A stretch of DNA of 64,000 nt, from the NCBI RefSeq assembly GCF_039654945.1, contig NW_027361674.1:3162001-3226000 (forward strand), given 5' to 3'. The DNA comes from Dendrobates tinctorius. Taxonomy: Eukaryota. Under the pieces are notes generated by a model. It was given only the letters and a program-made list of their open reading frames with translations, was not told where the DNA came from and made no database searches. Positions 62,182-64,000 of the stretch are shown in pieces. The translations under genes and the position numbers were made by a program. Numbering within the stretch: the stretch's first letter is position 1; each line of letters opens with the position of its first letter.

Positions 62182-64000
62182 TTTCTCCTGCGTCTCATTG
62201 GGGGACACAGAGACAGTGGGTGTTATGCTGCTTGTCACTAGGAGGACACTAAGTAAACCAGAAAAAAAGTTAGCTCCTCCCCTGTAGTATACACTCTTTC
62301 GCTGGATGAGATATCTCCAGTTCTTGCTTAGTGTCTATAGGAGGCACTTGGGTCTGGTTTCAGACCCCACCGTTTTATTTTATTTTTGAATTTTCTGTAA
62401 ATTTTTATTTTTTAATTAACGGAGTGAAGGGGGCGACGGTTCCTTTCTACGGCCCGCTCTCCCCCGTAACAACAGGCAAGCATGCGGAGTATACCTCCCC
62501 GTACACTTTCCTGCAACGTACGGGGCTGATTCCTCTGGCGATGATCCTTGCGGTCTCGGTATTCCACGGATACGAGGGCAGGCACATGGAGTGCAATGGA
62601 GAAGACTGGAACAGCGCTGGCCTGAATCAGCCACATAGCTCTCCAGCCCCCTGCCATAGGGAGGATCGATTGAGCATACCCCTTTAAGAACCCCTCCAGC
62701 TCTGCTTCATCAGCCAGGAGGATGAGAAGACCTGCATGGATGGCCCCGGACAGCGCGGCCTGCCGAGCACTGGAGTGGAGGTATGGGGTCGGGTCCTGGC
62801 CCCCGGGAGAAGCGCCGACTTGGCATCAGAGGCGGTGCACCGCGACCCACCTCCCCCACCCCCGGTCTCGGCGCTCGGGTAGGCTGAAAATTTAGTCCCC
62901 GGCTTTTCCGGCCTACTAGGCCGCAATTTGAATGGCGCCGCCCCCGGCGCCTACCGTGGGTAGGCCGAAAATTTAGTCCCCGGCTTTTCCGGCCTGCTAG
63001 GCCGCAATTTAAATAGCGCCGCCAGCACTAACGTCGCCGCCCCCTCTTGGCGCCTCTCATTACTAACAACGCGCAATCCTAATCTCGGGGGCCATGTCTT
63101 TCACCTCAGCCTGCTCTGGATATGAGCTGTGAGGCCTGAATGCTGCCGGATACTGGGTGTCACCACAGAGCCACCGCTATTCCTCCCAGGGGACACAGCA
63201 CAGGATAAGCTGCATCTGCCCTCAGATTAAAGCTTAACCCCTTCCCGGCACATTCCCTGAAGCTGCAGAGAGACTCTGCCGTTAACCCTTTCAGGAGCGC
63301 TATGTCTCAAACTAAGGAGGCTAAACGGGCTGATAAGAAGCACACTGCGTTTTTTACCGTGTGTACCACTTGCAAGTCTGCCTTACCCAGTGCACAGACT
63401 AATCTGTTATGCACGGCCTGCGACCCGACCTGTGCTCAAACGCCCCTCGCTGCCGCTGCTGATGGGCCTCCTGCGTTTAGTACCCCTGAGTGGGCTGCGT
63501 CCCTGTCACGGTCAGTGGAGTCTCTGACCCAGGCTATATTCTCCCTCCGGGAGGACTCTTTAAGTCAGAAAGCGTCCTTGCCTCCCGAGGAGGGCTCTGG
63601 CATCGGCCGGGAACCGTCCACCAGCATGGGCCGTAATCATTCAAGAGATGGTCAGGGCTCTAGAAAGCGGACCCATGACGCGTCCCCCTAGTCTCGGTCG
63701 CACCTCTGCGACTCCTGTCTCTCGCTCTCCCTCTCCTGAGGTTCACAGCGAGCACGACTCTGAATTCGAATCTGATACCTCAGCCCATCAGAATCCCCCA
63801 ACTGATCAAGAGTTGCTTGATTCTCTTACAGAATCAGTCAACAGGATTCTGAAGTTGGATGAGGAAAATATTCCTGTTCCAGCACATCCTATCTCACTTA
63901 AGAAAACCAAGCGTGTGCACAGGTTATTTACCAGCCATCCGGACTTTAAGGAAATTGTCCAGAAACATAGGGATCGTCTACATAAGCGGTTCACAGGGCA
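62182..64000 (+). mobile_element. Second DIRS1-type element, 5' part (cut by the window end)
   Basis: Left end TTTCTCC...ATTGGGGGACACAGAGAC...AAAAAAAGTTAGCTCCTCC is homologous to the left ITR at 25427; a gag-like ORF starts at 63302. Confidence 0.88.
63302..64000 (+). pseudogene. DIRS gag-like ORF with a +1 frameshift near 63684-63688
   Basis: CTTC-x12-CTAC and PEWAASLSRSV match gag of the first element. After the C5 run, homology continues in the +1 frame (LKKTKRVHRLFTSHPDFKEIVQKHRDRLHKRF). Confidence 0.75.

Overview
Eukaryotic vertebrate genomic DNA, most likely from a frog (inferred from the repeat families, not proven). Host genes: the complete 5-exon COA8/APOPT1 coding sequence (+ strand, 10020-25246, 183 aa) from a CpG-rich promoter at about 9750-10300 that is probably shared head-to-head with BAG5, then a probable KLC1 promoter and non-coding exon 1 (about 41100-41460) and the first coding exon of KLC1 (60941-61201). 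Much of the rest is transposon-derived: a full-length DIRS1-type tyrosine-recombinase retrotransposon (25427-31440) and the 5' part of a second (62182 onward), an intact Tc1 (20918-22511) and several decayed ones, a young 5'-truncated CR1 LINE, solo LTRs, many Harbinger-, hAT- and piggyBac-like MITEs, Penelope-like fold-back remnants with hammerhead-like motifs, and two minisatellites. Best leads: (1) in the DIRS element, gag and the recombinase frame are separated only by a UGA-CUA stop followed by a stem-loop, a candidate programmed readthrough signal, and that frame overlaps an AUG-less RT frame for about 1.9 kb; (2) a regularly spaced array of 9-10 RFX X-box palindromes just upstream of the KLC1 promoter; (3) a dimer of about 88-bp mini-DIRS-like units whose hairpin loop is flipped between copies; (4) exon phases allow an in-frame COA8-KLC1 fusion. 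All calls were made by eye, with no searches run.
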